DNA of 63,685 nt, the filler included, from Octopus bimaculoides (taxonomy: Eukaryota): NCBI RefSeq assembly GCF_001194135.2. It is 4 parts of 4 records of this genome, joined end to end, with 100 filler letters (N's around TTAATTAATTAA, not from the genome) between each part and the next. Parts side by side here need not be neighbours in the genome. Positions count along the whole stretch, not along the records: positions 25,615 to 53,319 come from NC_068983.1; positions 53,420 to 59,988 come from NC_068991.1; positions 60,089 to 63,685 come from NC_068984.1; 1 more part is not named here. One strand, given 5' to 3'. Each line of letters starts with the position of its first letter. The first letter of the stretch is position 1. The notes under the pieces were generated by a model. That model saw only the letters and a list, made by a program, of their open reading frames with translations. It did not search any database and was not told the DNA's origin. Position numbers and translations under genes: made by a program. Of this stretch, positions 51,170-63,685 are shown one piece after another.

Positions 51170-51710
51170 TTGAGTGAGAGACCAGTGCATGCCGTCAAAG
51201 TGATACTGGGCTAAAATATATGAAACACAGTATACTCATAATGACAACCCGTCTGATAAGGATACAACAGGTGCATGCATCACAACCATATGTATGCGAC
51301 ATGGTGTTTTCATATCAATATAAACAGCACATGACCTTACAGGTGGGGTTCAGTTAGAATTACTTCAGGTTGAGTAGCCCATCCCCTTCAAAAGTTCCTT
51401 GAATAAGGGTTGTTTAAAGATGTTGAACGAAACACCCAAGTTTCCAGGGGTGATTTATTCAAACTCCAAAGAATCCCTCTCGACACATGGCAATGATGCT
51501 CCCCTGCCACTTGCCACTTCTGCTCATGGTCAGAGATGCACATATCGTCAGCCACCAAGAGACATGCTCAACTGGTTAAAGTCAAATAATAACTGACAAG
51601 CATATTTGTGTTATTGAATAGAATATTTGTTGTAACCCATCTTTTATAGCAAGACAAAACACGTACATGATAACACTCGCAATCAGTTAAGATCAAAAGC
51701 CAAGAGAGCT
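51170..51710 (-). mobile_element. Non-coding dispersed element bordered by (ATT)n (left end intact)
   Basis: Starts directly after a SINE (ATT)n tail with TTGAGTGAGAG. Homologous to 35643-36110. Confidence 0.7.
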
Positions 51711-51910
51711 ACAGAATTGTTAGTACACTGGACAAAATGCTTGGTGGTATTTCACCTGTTGCTATGTTCTGAGATCAAATTCCACCGAGGTCAACTTTGC
51801 TTTTCTTCCCTTCGGGTTCAATAAATTAAATACCAGTGAAATATTAGAGTCAATGTTATTGACTAGTCCCCTCCCCAACAATTTCAGGCCTTGTGCCTAT
51901 AGTAGAAAGG

Positions 51911-51951
<41 letters not shown>

Positions 51952-52793
51952 CACCATTATTATTATTAGTATTATTATTACTAAGGTGGCAAGTTATGGC
52001 CTCGTAATATTCCAAAATGCAAAAAAACAAATTAAACAAATTTAAAAGACTAAATATGTGTTTTGAAAGATATCAACCTGAAATTAACTATTGATCAAAA
52101 CTACAATGTGTAAATTTCCTCCAAATAATATTAAACCTAACCACAAGAAAATATTAGCCAAATAGAAAGCCAAATGCTATGCTACTATTTATATGCAAGC
52201 ACTCAGCCCACCTGTCTTTATTCATTAAAAACTGAAACAGCAACAGAAGCCAGAAAATCTCCAGACATAATCGGACAGAACAATATTTGATGAAGCAATA
52301 TGATACTTTAATGAAACCTAAAGAACAAGTGGATTCAAATAAAACAGACAGAAGAAATGCAGTGTTTTTCAAAGTACATTTGTAACTTAAAGGAGAATAA
52401 TTTAAACATAAGGGAACTTGTTTATTATAGACAAGGTCTCTTCTCACATAAATGATTCCCAAATGTGCACCTTATGTTCTGCATCAGATATGCTTGCTAA
52501 AATGAGAAAAACTGAGATTTTGTTATAGATATCAATATTAATTTATCACTAAAGAATGCTCTTAACTATCTGCACACATATGCATGTGTAAGCACAAAAT
52601 GTTATTGTCATTGTTGCAGTCACATTGTTGTTTTTGTTGTTGTCATTGGGGTTGTTGGTGCTGAAGTCTTCTTGTCTATATGATTCTCTGATTGTTTCTT
52701 TCTTTCTCTCCTTCCCAGCTCTCTATTGTATACATATGGGAATGGTCATGAGTGTGCATGTGTATGTACCCAACTGGATACGAAGGAACATAC

Positions 52794-52924
52794 CCTTAAC
52801 CTTCCATTTCTCTGTTTTCTTTCTTATACCATTCTGTACCTTGGGTTCCTCTGCTCCGTTGATGTTGTTAATAATTTGCATAATGGGGATATATACTGGG
52901 CACATTTTGTTAAACACTGAGGAG
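52794..52924 (-). other. Candidate first coding exon (MCPVYIPIMQIINNINGAEEPKVQNGIRKKTEKWKVK, phase 1)
   Basis: Donor AAGG|gtatgt, modest acceptor, and an open frame from ATG at 52905. Lies near the CpG transition. I recognise no homology. Confidence 0.2.
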
Positions 52925-53185
52925 CTGTTTATATTAGATTATAAATTTCTCAACAAACAATTGTGTAAGCTTAGCAGTTAATATAACAAAACGTGTGTAT
53001 GTTCCACTAAGCATAAAATACCAAGTAAGCTTTCTGCATTTTACTAATACTGTTATGCGACTCATATCCCACATATTAATCTATTCTGTGGTTTGATGAC
53101 CACATCTTATTGTACAAGTTATAGGAGTGGAATGTGGGATGTTCTGATGAGCTTGAACTTTGTTGTTTATCTGTTACGTTTTACA

Positions 53186-53236
<51 letters not shown>

Positions 53237-53557
53237 AGAGGGGTGTAATTTCAATGAAGTAGAAAAGCAAGTAACAAATGGTTGGATATGGGGGTAGAGG
53301 AGAATGTAGAAAGTGTTGTNNNNNNNNNNNNNNNNNNNNNNNNNNNNNNNNNNNNNNNNNNNNTTAATTAATTAANNNNNNNNNNNNNNNNNNNNNNNNN
53401 NNNNNNNNNNNNNNNNNNNATGTATGTATGTATGTATGTATGTATGTATGTACATATATTTCTCAGATGTAAATAACAAATGTATATATATGTATATAGA
53501 ATATAGATTATATCACTTATAGTGACGTCGAAGTTTCATTTACATGCCCTCTGAGTA

Positions 53558-53559
<2 letters not shown>

Positions 53560-53609
<50 letters not shown>
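53560..53609. repeat. (ATT)n microsatellite
   Basis: Direct reading. Confidence 0.95.
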
Positions 53610-54447
53610 GGGTCATATGTGATCAAATCGTTGTCATCTACACACGTTCGATCTAAAAGTGTTTTTGAAAATTTACATGTAGTTATATTCTAATTATAAC
53701 GATCTCTGACTTATGTAGAAGGCCCTATATGTCTTGTGGTGGGACCTATCGATTTCAGTGTTTCAATGGTACATGATTTTATCATTCTCTGTTCTGTTAG
53801 TATGAAAGATGACGTCGACCTTGGCGAGAATCGAACTGAGAACGTCAAGGCATGGGGGTATTTAATAAAAATGAGTAGGATCAAGAACATTCGAAGTCTT
53901 CCTTATGCAGAATGTTATGGCGGGTATTCTTCATCTAAGGTGGTCGGTGATGCAACTAATGTATAAATCGGTTAAAATGAAATGAAAGCCAGCATTTTAA
54001 GTTGAGGTCACGAAGTGCTCCTCAGATCTTTTTTTTCTTTTTTTTTTTTGCGTCAATTACTTCGGTAATAAAATATTATTAATCAGCATTTCATTAACAC
54101 ATACCTTCCACCAAATAAAATTAAAAGTAAACTAATGCAAATAAAATAATTTTAAATATGGTTGGTGGTAGAAGGGCAGTTCCTGAATTGTAATCTGAAG
54201 AAGGAAAAAAGTTAGTTAGAAATGAACGATTTCTAGTTGTAATGATGTAACTGAAGTTTTACCTTAATCATGTTCACAGTTTCTAGATGATGATACATCA
54301 ACACATACATATATACATACATACATACATATATGCGCACACACGCACAATATAAGGATTGAAAAAACATGTTTGAGGTGTAAGCAGCAGCGGCAATACT
54401 TCTAAGTCAAATAACCACGTGTGCGTGTACATACATATATGTATATG

Positions 54448-54485
<38 letters not shown>

Positions 54486-55019
54486 GCTATGTATATGCTA
54501 TATGTATATATACATATACGCTATGTATATGCTATATGTATATATATATATACNNNNNNNNNNNNNNNNNNNNNNNNNNNNNNNNNNNNNNNNNNNNNNN
54601 NNNNNNNNNNNNNNNNNNNNNNNNNNNNNNNNNNNNNNNNNNNNNNNNNNNNNNNNNNNNNNNNNNNNNNNNNNNNNNNNNNNNNNNNNNNNNNNNNNNN
54701 NNNNNNNNNNNNNNNNNNNNNNNNNNNNNNNNNNNNNNNNNNNNNNNNNNNNNNNNNNNNNNNNNNNNNNNNNNNNNNNNNNNNNNNNNNNNNNNNNNNN
54801 NNNNNNNNNNNNNNNNNNNNNNNNNNNNNNNNNNNNNNNNNNNNNNNNNNNNNNNNNNNNNNNNNNNNNNNNNNNNNNNNNNNNNNNNNNNNNNNNNNNN
54901 NNNNNNNNNNNNNNNNNNNNNNNNNNNNNNNNNNNNGTGTGTGTGTGTGTGTATTTATTAGGTAGCATATATATAAGTATACAATAATATTTACAGCATA
55001 TACATATAGAGATATACAG

Positions 55020-55060
<41 letters not shown>

Positions 55061-55526
55061 AATCTATCTGTCTATTTCTATATGTATATGCTGTACATAT
55101 TATACTCTATTTGCTGACTAATACATACATACATACATACATACATACACACGTTTATATATATTGATATTTATATATCTACACACGTGTTTATAAGCAA
55201 ACTCGCACATGGAATGACAATTAGAACCATATGTGTGCGTGTGTGTGCATGTGTAGTTATGGACGTAGATATGTCAGTATATTCACAGTTTATGTACATT
55301 ATTGTGCGATATGTATAACTAAATTCTTTAATGCCGTAATCCGGACTTAATAAAATATCTCGCCAACACAGCATGTGTTTAAATTACAACCAAAAGAGGA
55401 GAAACACAATAAAAAAAAGTACTCAATACAGGTGTAATATTCTCTGTAAGTTAAGATAACTGTTATCTAAGTTTCGAGGATTACATTCTTAATCAAGTTC
55501 TATCGCTACCTCTGCACACACGAGTA

Positions 55527-55583
<57 letters not shown>

Positions 55584-56652
55584 GTGTGTGTGTGTGTACG
55601 CACCATGTATATATGGGTATGTACTAAAAAATTCATAAAAAATTCATGTTTAAAATACATATAGATTTTTATCTATATGGGCAGCGGCGATACTGGGGCA
55701 ACTAGCTTGTCGGACTCATGTAGAATAATCCTGATTCAGCTACTTGAGCCCTTTCTGTAAGGATACTACGAANNNNNNNNNNNNNNNNNNNNNNNNNNNN
55801 NNNNNNNNNNNNNNNNNNNNNNNNNNNNNNNNNNNNNNNNNNNNNNNNNNNNNNNNNNNNNNNNNNNNNNNNNNNNNNNNNNNNNNNNNNNNNNNNNNNN
55901 NNNNNNNNNNNNNNNNNNNNNNNNNNNNNNNNNNNNNNNNNNNNNNNNNNNNNNNNNNNNNNNNNNNNNNNNNNNNNNNNNNNNNNNNNNNNNNNNNNNN
56001 NNNNNNNNNNNNNNNNNNNNNNNNNNNNNNNNNNNNNNNNNNNNNNNNNNNNNNNNNNNNNNNNNNNNNNNNNNNNNNNNNNNNNNNNNNNNNNNNNNNN
56101 NNNNNNNNNNNNNNNNNNNNNNNNNNNNNNNNNNNNNNNNNNNNNNNNNNNNNNNNNNNNNNNNNNNNNNNNNNNNNNNNNNNNNNNNNNNNNNNNNNNN
56201 NNNNNNNNNNNNNNNNNNNNNNNNNNNNNNNNNNNNNNNNNNNNNNNNNNNNNNNNNNNNNNNNNNNNNNNNNNNNNNNNNNNNNNNNNNNNNNNNNNNN
56301 NNNNNNNNNNNNNNNNNNNNNNNNNNNNNNNNNNNNNNNNNNNNNNNNNNNNNNNNNNNNNNNNNNNNNNNNNNNNNNNNNNNNNNNNNNNNNNNNNNNN
56401 NNNNNNNNNNNNNNNNNNNNNNNNNNNNCACACACATAATGGTCTGGTTCCGCAGTTGCTTGTACTCTGAGGATAGTCTTAAGGGAGACGCAAGATCCCA
56501 GTATCACATACATACATCATTTGACGTAAGCTTTGGGACACACAACAACAGCCAAATGACAAAGTGAATTAATACGACAAGGTTACCACAAACAAACACA
56601 AAACACAAACACACACGCATGCACACACACATACACACACACACGAACTCCA

Positions 56653-56654
<2 letters not shown>

Positions 56655-56689
<35 letters not shown>

Positions 56690-56700
56690 TTCTCTCTCTT

Positions 56701-56735
<35 letters not shown>
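56655..56735. repeat. (CT)n microsatellite
   Basis: Direct reading; another lies at about 63625-63685. Confidence 0.95.
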
Positions 56736-56736
<1 letters not shown>

Positions 56737-57034
56737 CCTCATTGCACTCTTTATAAATTCATTAATTTATTTAATATTCGTCTAATTATGAAATGAAATA
56801 TAAGTGCTTAGTGACTCTTACATATGGAAAGTGGTGGTGGTAGCGGTGGTAGAGGTGGTGGTACGATCTCAATATGGAGAGTTTGAAGAATATGTTAGAA
56901 GGAACACAAATGTAGTAAGACTACTCTGCCTTCTGATCATGGTCAACAGATGGAACCTTTACATAACAGTAGGTCTTTGACGAGAGAAAAAACACTGCAA
57001 TACCGTGTCCAAAGAAGACAGTATATATATATAA

Positions 57035-57067
<33 letters not shown>

Positions 57068-58654
57068 NNNNNNNNNNNNNNNNNNNNNNNNNNNNNNNNN
57101 NNNNNNNNNNNNNNNNNNNNNNNNNNNNNNNNNNNNNNNNNNNNNNNNNNNNNNNNNNNNNNNNNNNNNNNNNNNNNNNNNNNNNNNNNNNNNNNNNNNN
57201 NNNNNNNNNNNNNNNNNNNNNNNNNNNNNNNNNNNNNNNNNNNNNNNNNNNNNNNNNNNNNNNNNNNNNNNNNNNNNNNNNNNNNNNNNNNNNNNNNNNN
57301 NNNNNNNNNNNNNNNNNNNNNNNNNNNNNNNNNNNNNNNNNNNNNNNNNNNNNNNNNNNNNNNNNNNNNNNNNNNNNNNNNNNNNNNNNNNNNNNNNNNN
57401 NNNNNNNNNNNNNNNNNNNNNNNNNNNNNNNNNNNNNNNNNNNNNNNNNNNNNNNNNNNNNNNNNNNNNNNNNNNNNNNNNNNNNNNNNNNNNNNNNNNN
57501 NNNNNNNNNNNNNNNNNNNNNNNNNNNNNNNNNNNNNNNNNNNNNNNNNNNNNNNNNNNNNNNNNNNNNNNNNNNNNNNNNNNNNNNNNNNNNNNNNNNN
57601 NNNNNNNNNNNNNNNNNNNNNNNNNNNNNNNNNNNNNNNNNNNNNNNNNNNNNNNNNNNNNNNNNNNNNNNNNNNNNNNNNNNNNNNNNNNNNNNNNNNN
57701 NNNNNNNNNNNNNNNNNNNNNNNNNNNNNNNNNNNNNNNNNNNNNNNNNNNNNNNNNNNNNNNNNNNNNNNNNNNNNNNNNNNNNNNNNNNNNNNNNNNN
57801 NNNNNNNNNNNNNNNNNNNNNNNNNNNNNNNNNNNNNNNNNNNNNNNNNNNNNNNNNNNNNNNNNNNNNNNNNNNNNNNNNNNNNNNNNNNNNNNNNNNN
57901 NNNNNNNNNNNNNNNNNNNNNNNNNNNNNNNNNNNNNNNNNNNNNNNNNNNNNNNNNNNNNNNNNNNNNNNNNNNNNNNNNNNNNNNNNNNNNNNNNNNN
58001 NNNNNNNNNNNNNNNNNNNNNATAAAGTATATATATATATATATATAATACAAAAAATATATATGCATGTATACACACATATATGTATATACTTTCATCT
58101 ACATGTGTATATAGATGCATATCAAGGTACAGGACGTTAGATCAATGAACTACAGACAACGGAACGAACACATAGGAAAACAGAAAGCCACTTGGAATTA
58201 TTCATCAGCTGCCTCTATTCTAACTCGACGTTTCGAAGATAAGGCAGGGTTAGGGTTAGGGTTACTCACACACACACACAGACGCGCGCGCACACACACA
58301 CACGCACGCACACACAAACAATATTTGTGAATTAGGAAGGCTACCATTGGTTTCCCGCCGGAAAAACATGTCTCAACAAGTGTGCCATACTCACCAACAT
58401 GTATGATGAAAAGATTTCTCTCGGTATAACCAACAGTAACCTTGTTAACCCACATAATTTGAATATCAATGCGGTGCTGAGCACACATTCTCACTGTTCG
58501 ATATAAGCGTATATATAAATGTATGTATATATATATACATATGTGTATGTATGTATGTATAAATACATAGAGAGAGAGGGAGAGAATATATTTATATTAT
58601 ATATACATTAAATATGTACACACACAGGCACACACACACACGCACACATATTCA

Positions 58655-58815
58655 CCACGGGCTTCTTTCACTTTCTGTCTACCAAATCCACTCACAAGGC
58701 TTTAGTCGGCCCGAGGCTATAGTAGACGACACTTGCCCAAGGTGCCACGCAGATGGAATGAACCTGGAGCCATGTGGTTGGTAAGCAAGCTACTACCACA
58801 CAGCCACTCCTGCGC
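58655..58815 (-). mobile_element. tRNA-derived SINE with CORE-like motif (young copy)
   Basis: Minus strand GGCGCAGGAGTGGCTGTGTGG...CACCTTGGGCAAGTGTC. Relatives at about 7530, 14588, 16895, 21240 and 21447. Confidence 0.8.
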
Positions 58816-59164
58816 CTGAATATACATGTATATATAAATGTATACATTAGAAAAAATACATACACATGCATATATATGTATATACAGCATATATATTTCT
58901 ATATAAGTATGAGAATGATATTGTTGGGTCTATGGTTCTCTGTGTACATGCATATATAGTTAAATATGCTTAAATATGTCTGCATATATATATGCGTGTG
59001 TGTGTGTGCGTGTGTGTGTGCGTGTGTGTCTGTGTATCCATGTAATTCATATATGATAGACTTGATCAAATTGAAGTGACTGGAACTTAGCGTTTCGCCT
59101 TTACAATCTTATTCACTCAGACCTGATGTTTCAGACACTAAAGGAATGAAAGTCAAATCAATAG

Positions 59165-59734
<570 letters not shown>

Positions 59735-59735
<1 letters not shown>

Positions 59736-59870
59736 TTATAAAAAAACAAAAGACGAAGACGAGTGTGTTAAAAAACAAACAAATGTATTATTTTAACGCT
59801 CGGGACGTGAGAAAGTCATTTATGTTTCGAGCCTACGCTCTTTGACAGAAAGGAACGCAGAAATAAAGTA
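59735..59870 (-). mobile_element. Decayed copy of Penelope-type terminus with mutated hammerhead-like motif
   Basis: Minus strand CUUU-CUGUCAA-A-GAGC-GUAG-GCUC-GAAAC-AUA. Abuts (TA)n. Confidence 0.55.
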
Positions 59871-59946
59871 GGGATATTTAAATATGTAGCTATATATCTT
59901 CCTATCTATCTAACACTCTCATGCTCTCTCTCTCTCTCTTTCTCTC

Positions 59947-59988
<42 letters not shown>

Positions 59989-60088
59989 NNNNNNNNNNNN
60001 NNNNNNNNNNNNNNNNNNNNNNNNNNNNNNNNTTAATTAATTAANNNNNNNNNNNNNNNNNNNNNNNNNNNNNNNNNNNNNNNNNNNN

Positions 60089-60438
60089 AAGACGAATACA
60101 ATACCTATTGTCATAGGTGCCCTGGGAATGACAGCGAAACGGGCTGATTACTACCTAGCTCAGATACCAGGAAACCCAAAAATGGCTGAAGTTCAAAAGA
60201 TAGTGCTCATGGGAACTGCCCATATCCTACGTAAAATACTGTCTATGTGATCTCAAATTTTAAAGCAAACGCATAATTTTCTTATGGTTTCTTAAACATT
60301 CACTTGAACAAAACTGTACAAATCCAAATATATGGTACCCTAGGCATAACACCTACATGAACTTCTAACTTGTTGTCTCTTGAGGTCTCTGGGTGAGACT
60401 TGGATCCAACTTGTACAAATGCAAAACAAAAGTGAAAC

Positions 60439-60486
<48 letters not shown>

Positions 60487-60487
60487 T
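60089..60487 (+). mobile_element. Dong/R4-like LINE 3' end (third family) with (TAA)n tail
   Basis: Intact frame KTNTIPIVIGALGMTAKRADYYLAQIPGNPKMAEVQKIVLMGTAHILRKILSM* (stop at 60248-60250), a 3' UTR and (TAA)n from about 60439. The upstream part is in a gap. Confidence 0.85.
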
Positions 60488-63400
60488 ATTAAGTAGAATT
60501 TAGCAGCAGGACCCTGTATTTGTAACCATAATAGTAATTAGCAGGAGATTTAATTGTAATCATTTAATTAATTTGGTGATTTGTACTTATGCCTTCTAAT
60601 AGGTCCACCAGGCTGAATGTATTTAGAAATGTTTAGACAATTACTGTTTGTCTAGTAAGATCATCGCTTGAGTACTGTTGTGGCTATTTCAGAAGATAGA
60701 TTTAGTATTATCATTACATAATTGAAGGTTAATGCTCTTAGCGATAGTCTTCCCTTATCCGTAGTTCCTTCCTTCGCATGGTGCTCGTTTACATGTTTGG
60801 TTGTTTTATGTCATAAGCGGCCTTGGGCCACTTAAAGCATATGCTACTTTTACATACTTTTACTTTTTATTTACATCTTTATTTACATCTACCCCTATAA
60901 TGGTCTTAATAGCTTGCCTTTTGTTTTTAAATTTAACTGACCAATTATATCGAAGGCTGGACTTTGGTCAATCCCATTACGGGCAATAGGTGGTTGGTCT
61001 TTACAATATATCAGTAAATAAATGTAATTAATCTATGGGCATGTTATTTGGATAAATATTAATTAGTATTATTTACGAAATCTTAAGTACTATTATGATT
61101 ACTTCTAAACGTTATGGTTCTATCGCTCCTTCTTTTTCTAGACCTATTGGCGTATCCCGTTGTACTAAAGTACTTATTTTACTTTTTATTTATTTATACA
61201 CCCTGTTACACCTAAAGAAAGATTAACCCACCAATTAATTTTCTACTTTAGTCATCTACTCAACGGCCTGAAGCGTTACACTGCAAAATAGTATGATTCA
61301 AATATATTAAGCATTCATTCCACCTCTCGAGGCTCTTTTACTTTTCTTTTCTTTTCTTTTATGTATTTTTATTCACTCTGATGAAGCTACATGTTTCAGA
61401 TCGGATGTGCTATAGAATATGACGAATATTATTCTCAGAATTTTCTTTGGCAGTGCTGTGGGACATTGGAAGCATAGACGGCTGTTAGATGGGATAAAAT
61501 TTTGTGTTAAAAAATAATAATCGATGGTAGTCAGTTGCTATTAAGATTTTCTTCATTTTCTGCTTCATTAAAATTTTATGGATATATATATATATATTTG
61601 TATGTATATAATAGACATGAATGTGTGTCTGTTTTTGTGTGTGTCCATCAAAAGTCTTTAATATCTTTGCTGTGAATTGAAACCCAGTTTGTTTTCACTT
61701 TTCTCTTCAATTTTTTGAGTTCGCTAAAATAATCACACTCTCCCTACCGCTGACACTGCGATTAATTCAATTTCGCTGTCTATAGAGGGTTATGGTAAAC
61801 TATATTTCACCAAACTAATAGTGTTGATCTCTTTTACTCGGTATAAGGAATGTAGAGTAAATATTCCAAATTCATGAATCACTTCACAGTAGAAACTTTT
61901 TCTTAAACCTAATATACTGTAAAAATGAAGTTATGTCCATCTTCTGAAAGGTACGATTGTTCTCCTTCATAACTATGTTATGGATTTTCCTAATGTATAT
62001 TTGCCAAAATATTTTATTGTAATTGCCCAAAATTCTGATGAATTCTTTTGTGAGTATTAACACTATGTACCCAAATAATAAAATAAAAACACGAAGATTT
62101 TTAAATATTTTGTATCTTTTCAGCAAATGCGTTCTAAGAGATTTGACAAAGGGAATATTTTAATGCTTTGAGCTACAGTAACGTATAAATCTTAGTACTG
62201 ATGTGTTTTCTGTAACTCTTTCAAATAAAAATCGAATTTCTACTGGACTGGGTACTTCTTAATGGCTGAATGTCTTTTTTCTTGTTTGATAAATGAGTCA
62301 AATAATGATATAAAGCTTCACCAAATAGAAAACTGAATAGGAAACGGAGTCAAAACTATTGAGTGAAATCTTTGTAATAAAAACACACTTGTTTATGATC
62401 TTATCTACATCCATGTACACATACAAATATGCGCACAGAAGCACACACAAGTACACATAATCCCACACATACATGTAGACAGATAAACAAAGCTGTTTTA
62501 TTTTTATCTTTTTTATTAAATCCTTTTCATATTTTCTTATGTGTTGATATCTTTCGAATAGTAAAGCTCCTAGATCCATCGATCTCATTTTTGTTGATAT
62601 TCTCAAACTAATGTCCTGTAGGAATTGTTTAGTTTCTGTCTAGGTTACCGCTATTTTATGGTTATATTCCTTTCAAATTTCTCCTACCGTCGAAGCAACA
62701 CACAAAGGAATTTACAGAATAGAACAAATTCTAATGAATAGCAGGTATACAAAGAAATTGACCAAATCATACGTGGACGTCGACATATTAACATTTAAGG
62801 AGTTACTTAATAAAGTGTGTAACTTGAATCGAATGAATGTTAGAAATAGAATACTTGATTACGTTACAAAGATTATATAATTAATAGCCTTCTTTATTTC
62901 AAAGATAAATTTGCAAACCTCCGAATATGCTTCTAGTGATCTATTTCTTATATACTCTAAATTGTCATACAATTTCGGCACTTTCTCACCATATCACCAT
63001 AGATGTATAAGAATTAAATCCAACACACTACTTCTTACAATATAAATCGTAAATTTGATGGGAAACATTGCTAAATAACAGAACTATCTTACACAGAATT
63101 AATAGCAAAATGTGATAGAAAGAATATTGAGGAAACGCACAACAATCATTAAAACAAACAGTTTCATGATTGTTGAGAAAAACTGTCAAAAGTCAGGTAT
63201 TCAAAAAGAGTGGCAATGCCAGCACTACCAAATTGCCAATACCATTTCCTCATCTACAATAAAATGTATTACACACTCCAACACCCATTATTTTAATCCA
63301 GAAGATGAGAACGTCGAGAACTAGAAATTTCCTCATGTCGAACAAGTTAGGAAGATTGCTGTTACAAACAATCTGTAAAAGACATAAACGGAAATACGAA

Positions 63401-63644
63401 AAATGTGAGATATAAAAAAAATCTGTAGTATGCAACCACGTTTTCGATTTAACACGCACACAAACATACATACGTGTGTATGTGGATGTGTGTGCGTGCG
63501 TGTGCTAGTGCTTGCATAAGTCACTATACGTGCAACTTGGAATGTAGAATTCTTCGATTTAGAAATATTTATTATAAAGAAATTTGTAATTTAGCAAACG
63601 TAACGTAAAAATGTATCTATCTATTTCTCTCTCTCTCTCTCTCT

Positions 63645-63685
<41 letters not shown>

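Noticed and set aside
55675-55710. Possible third Helitron 3' end (...GGGGCAACTAG)
   Set aside because: CTAG is followed by C rather than T, the hairpin is poor and no matching body was found.
61370-61410. CTGATGA motif (also at about 53145 and 62036)
   Set aside because: No downstream stem II-GAAA in the same orientation, so not a hammerhead.

Overview
AT-rich, repeat-dense eukaryotic genomic DNA from a draft assembly: many N gaps, three of them carrying an artificial TTAATTAATTAA spacer. The SINE, microsatellite and LINE repertoire looks like a coleoid cephalopod such as Octopus (inference from recognising the repeats). I can support no intact protein-coding gene. Almost all ORFs in the track are microsatellite or gap artefacts, and the protein-like ones are transposon remnants. 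Those remnants are at least six Dong/R4-clade RLE LINE fragments, several embedded in (TAA)n; Tx1/L1-like and RTE-like 3' ends; two Tc1/mariner derivatives; several TTAA-flanked and TA-flanked MITEs; a Helitron with recognisable termini and a PIF1-type helicase remnant; a second Helitron-like element with unexplained cargo; and dozens of tRNA-derived SINEs. Positions 1 to about 53.4 kb are CpG-poor, as expected inside a methylated gene body, and contain scattered short exon candidates on both strands. Beyond about 53.6 kb CpG is retained. The most interesting observations are a hammerhead-ribozyme-like motif in a dispersed Penelope-type repeat, inverted repeats able to form long dsRNA, Dong LINEs reusing SINE-derived (ATT)n tails as targets, and a candidate 21-nt neural-type microexon.
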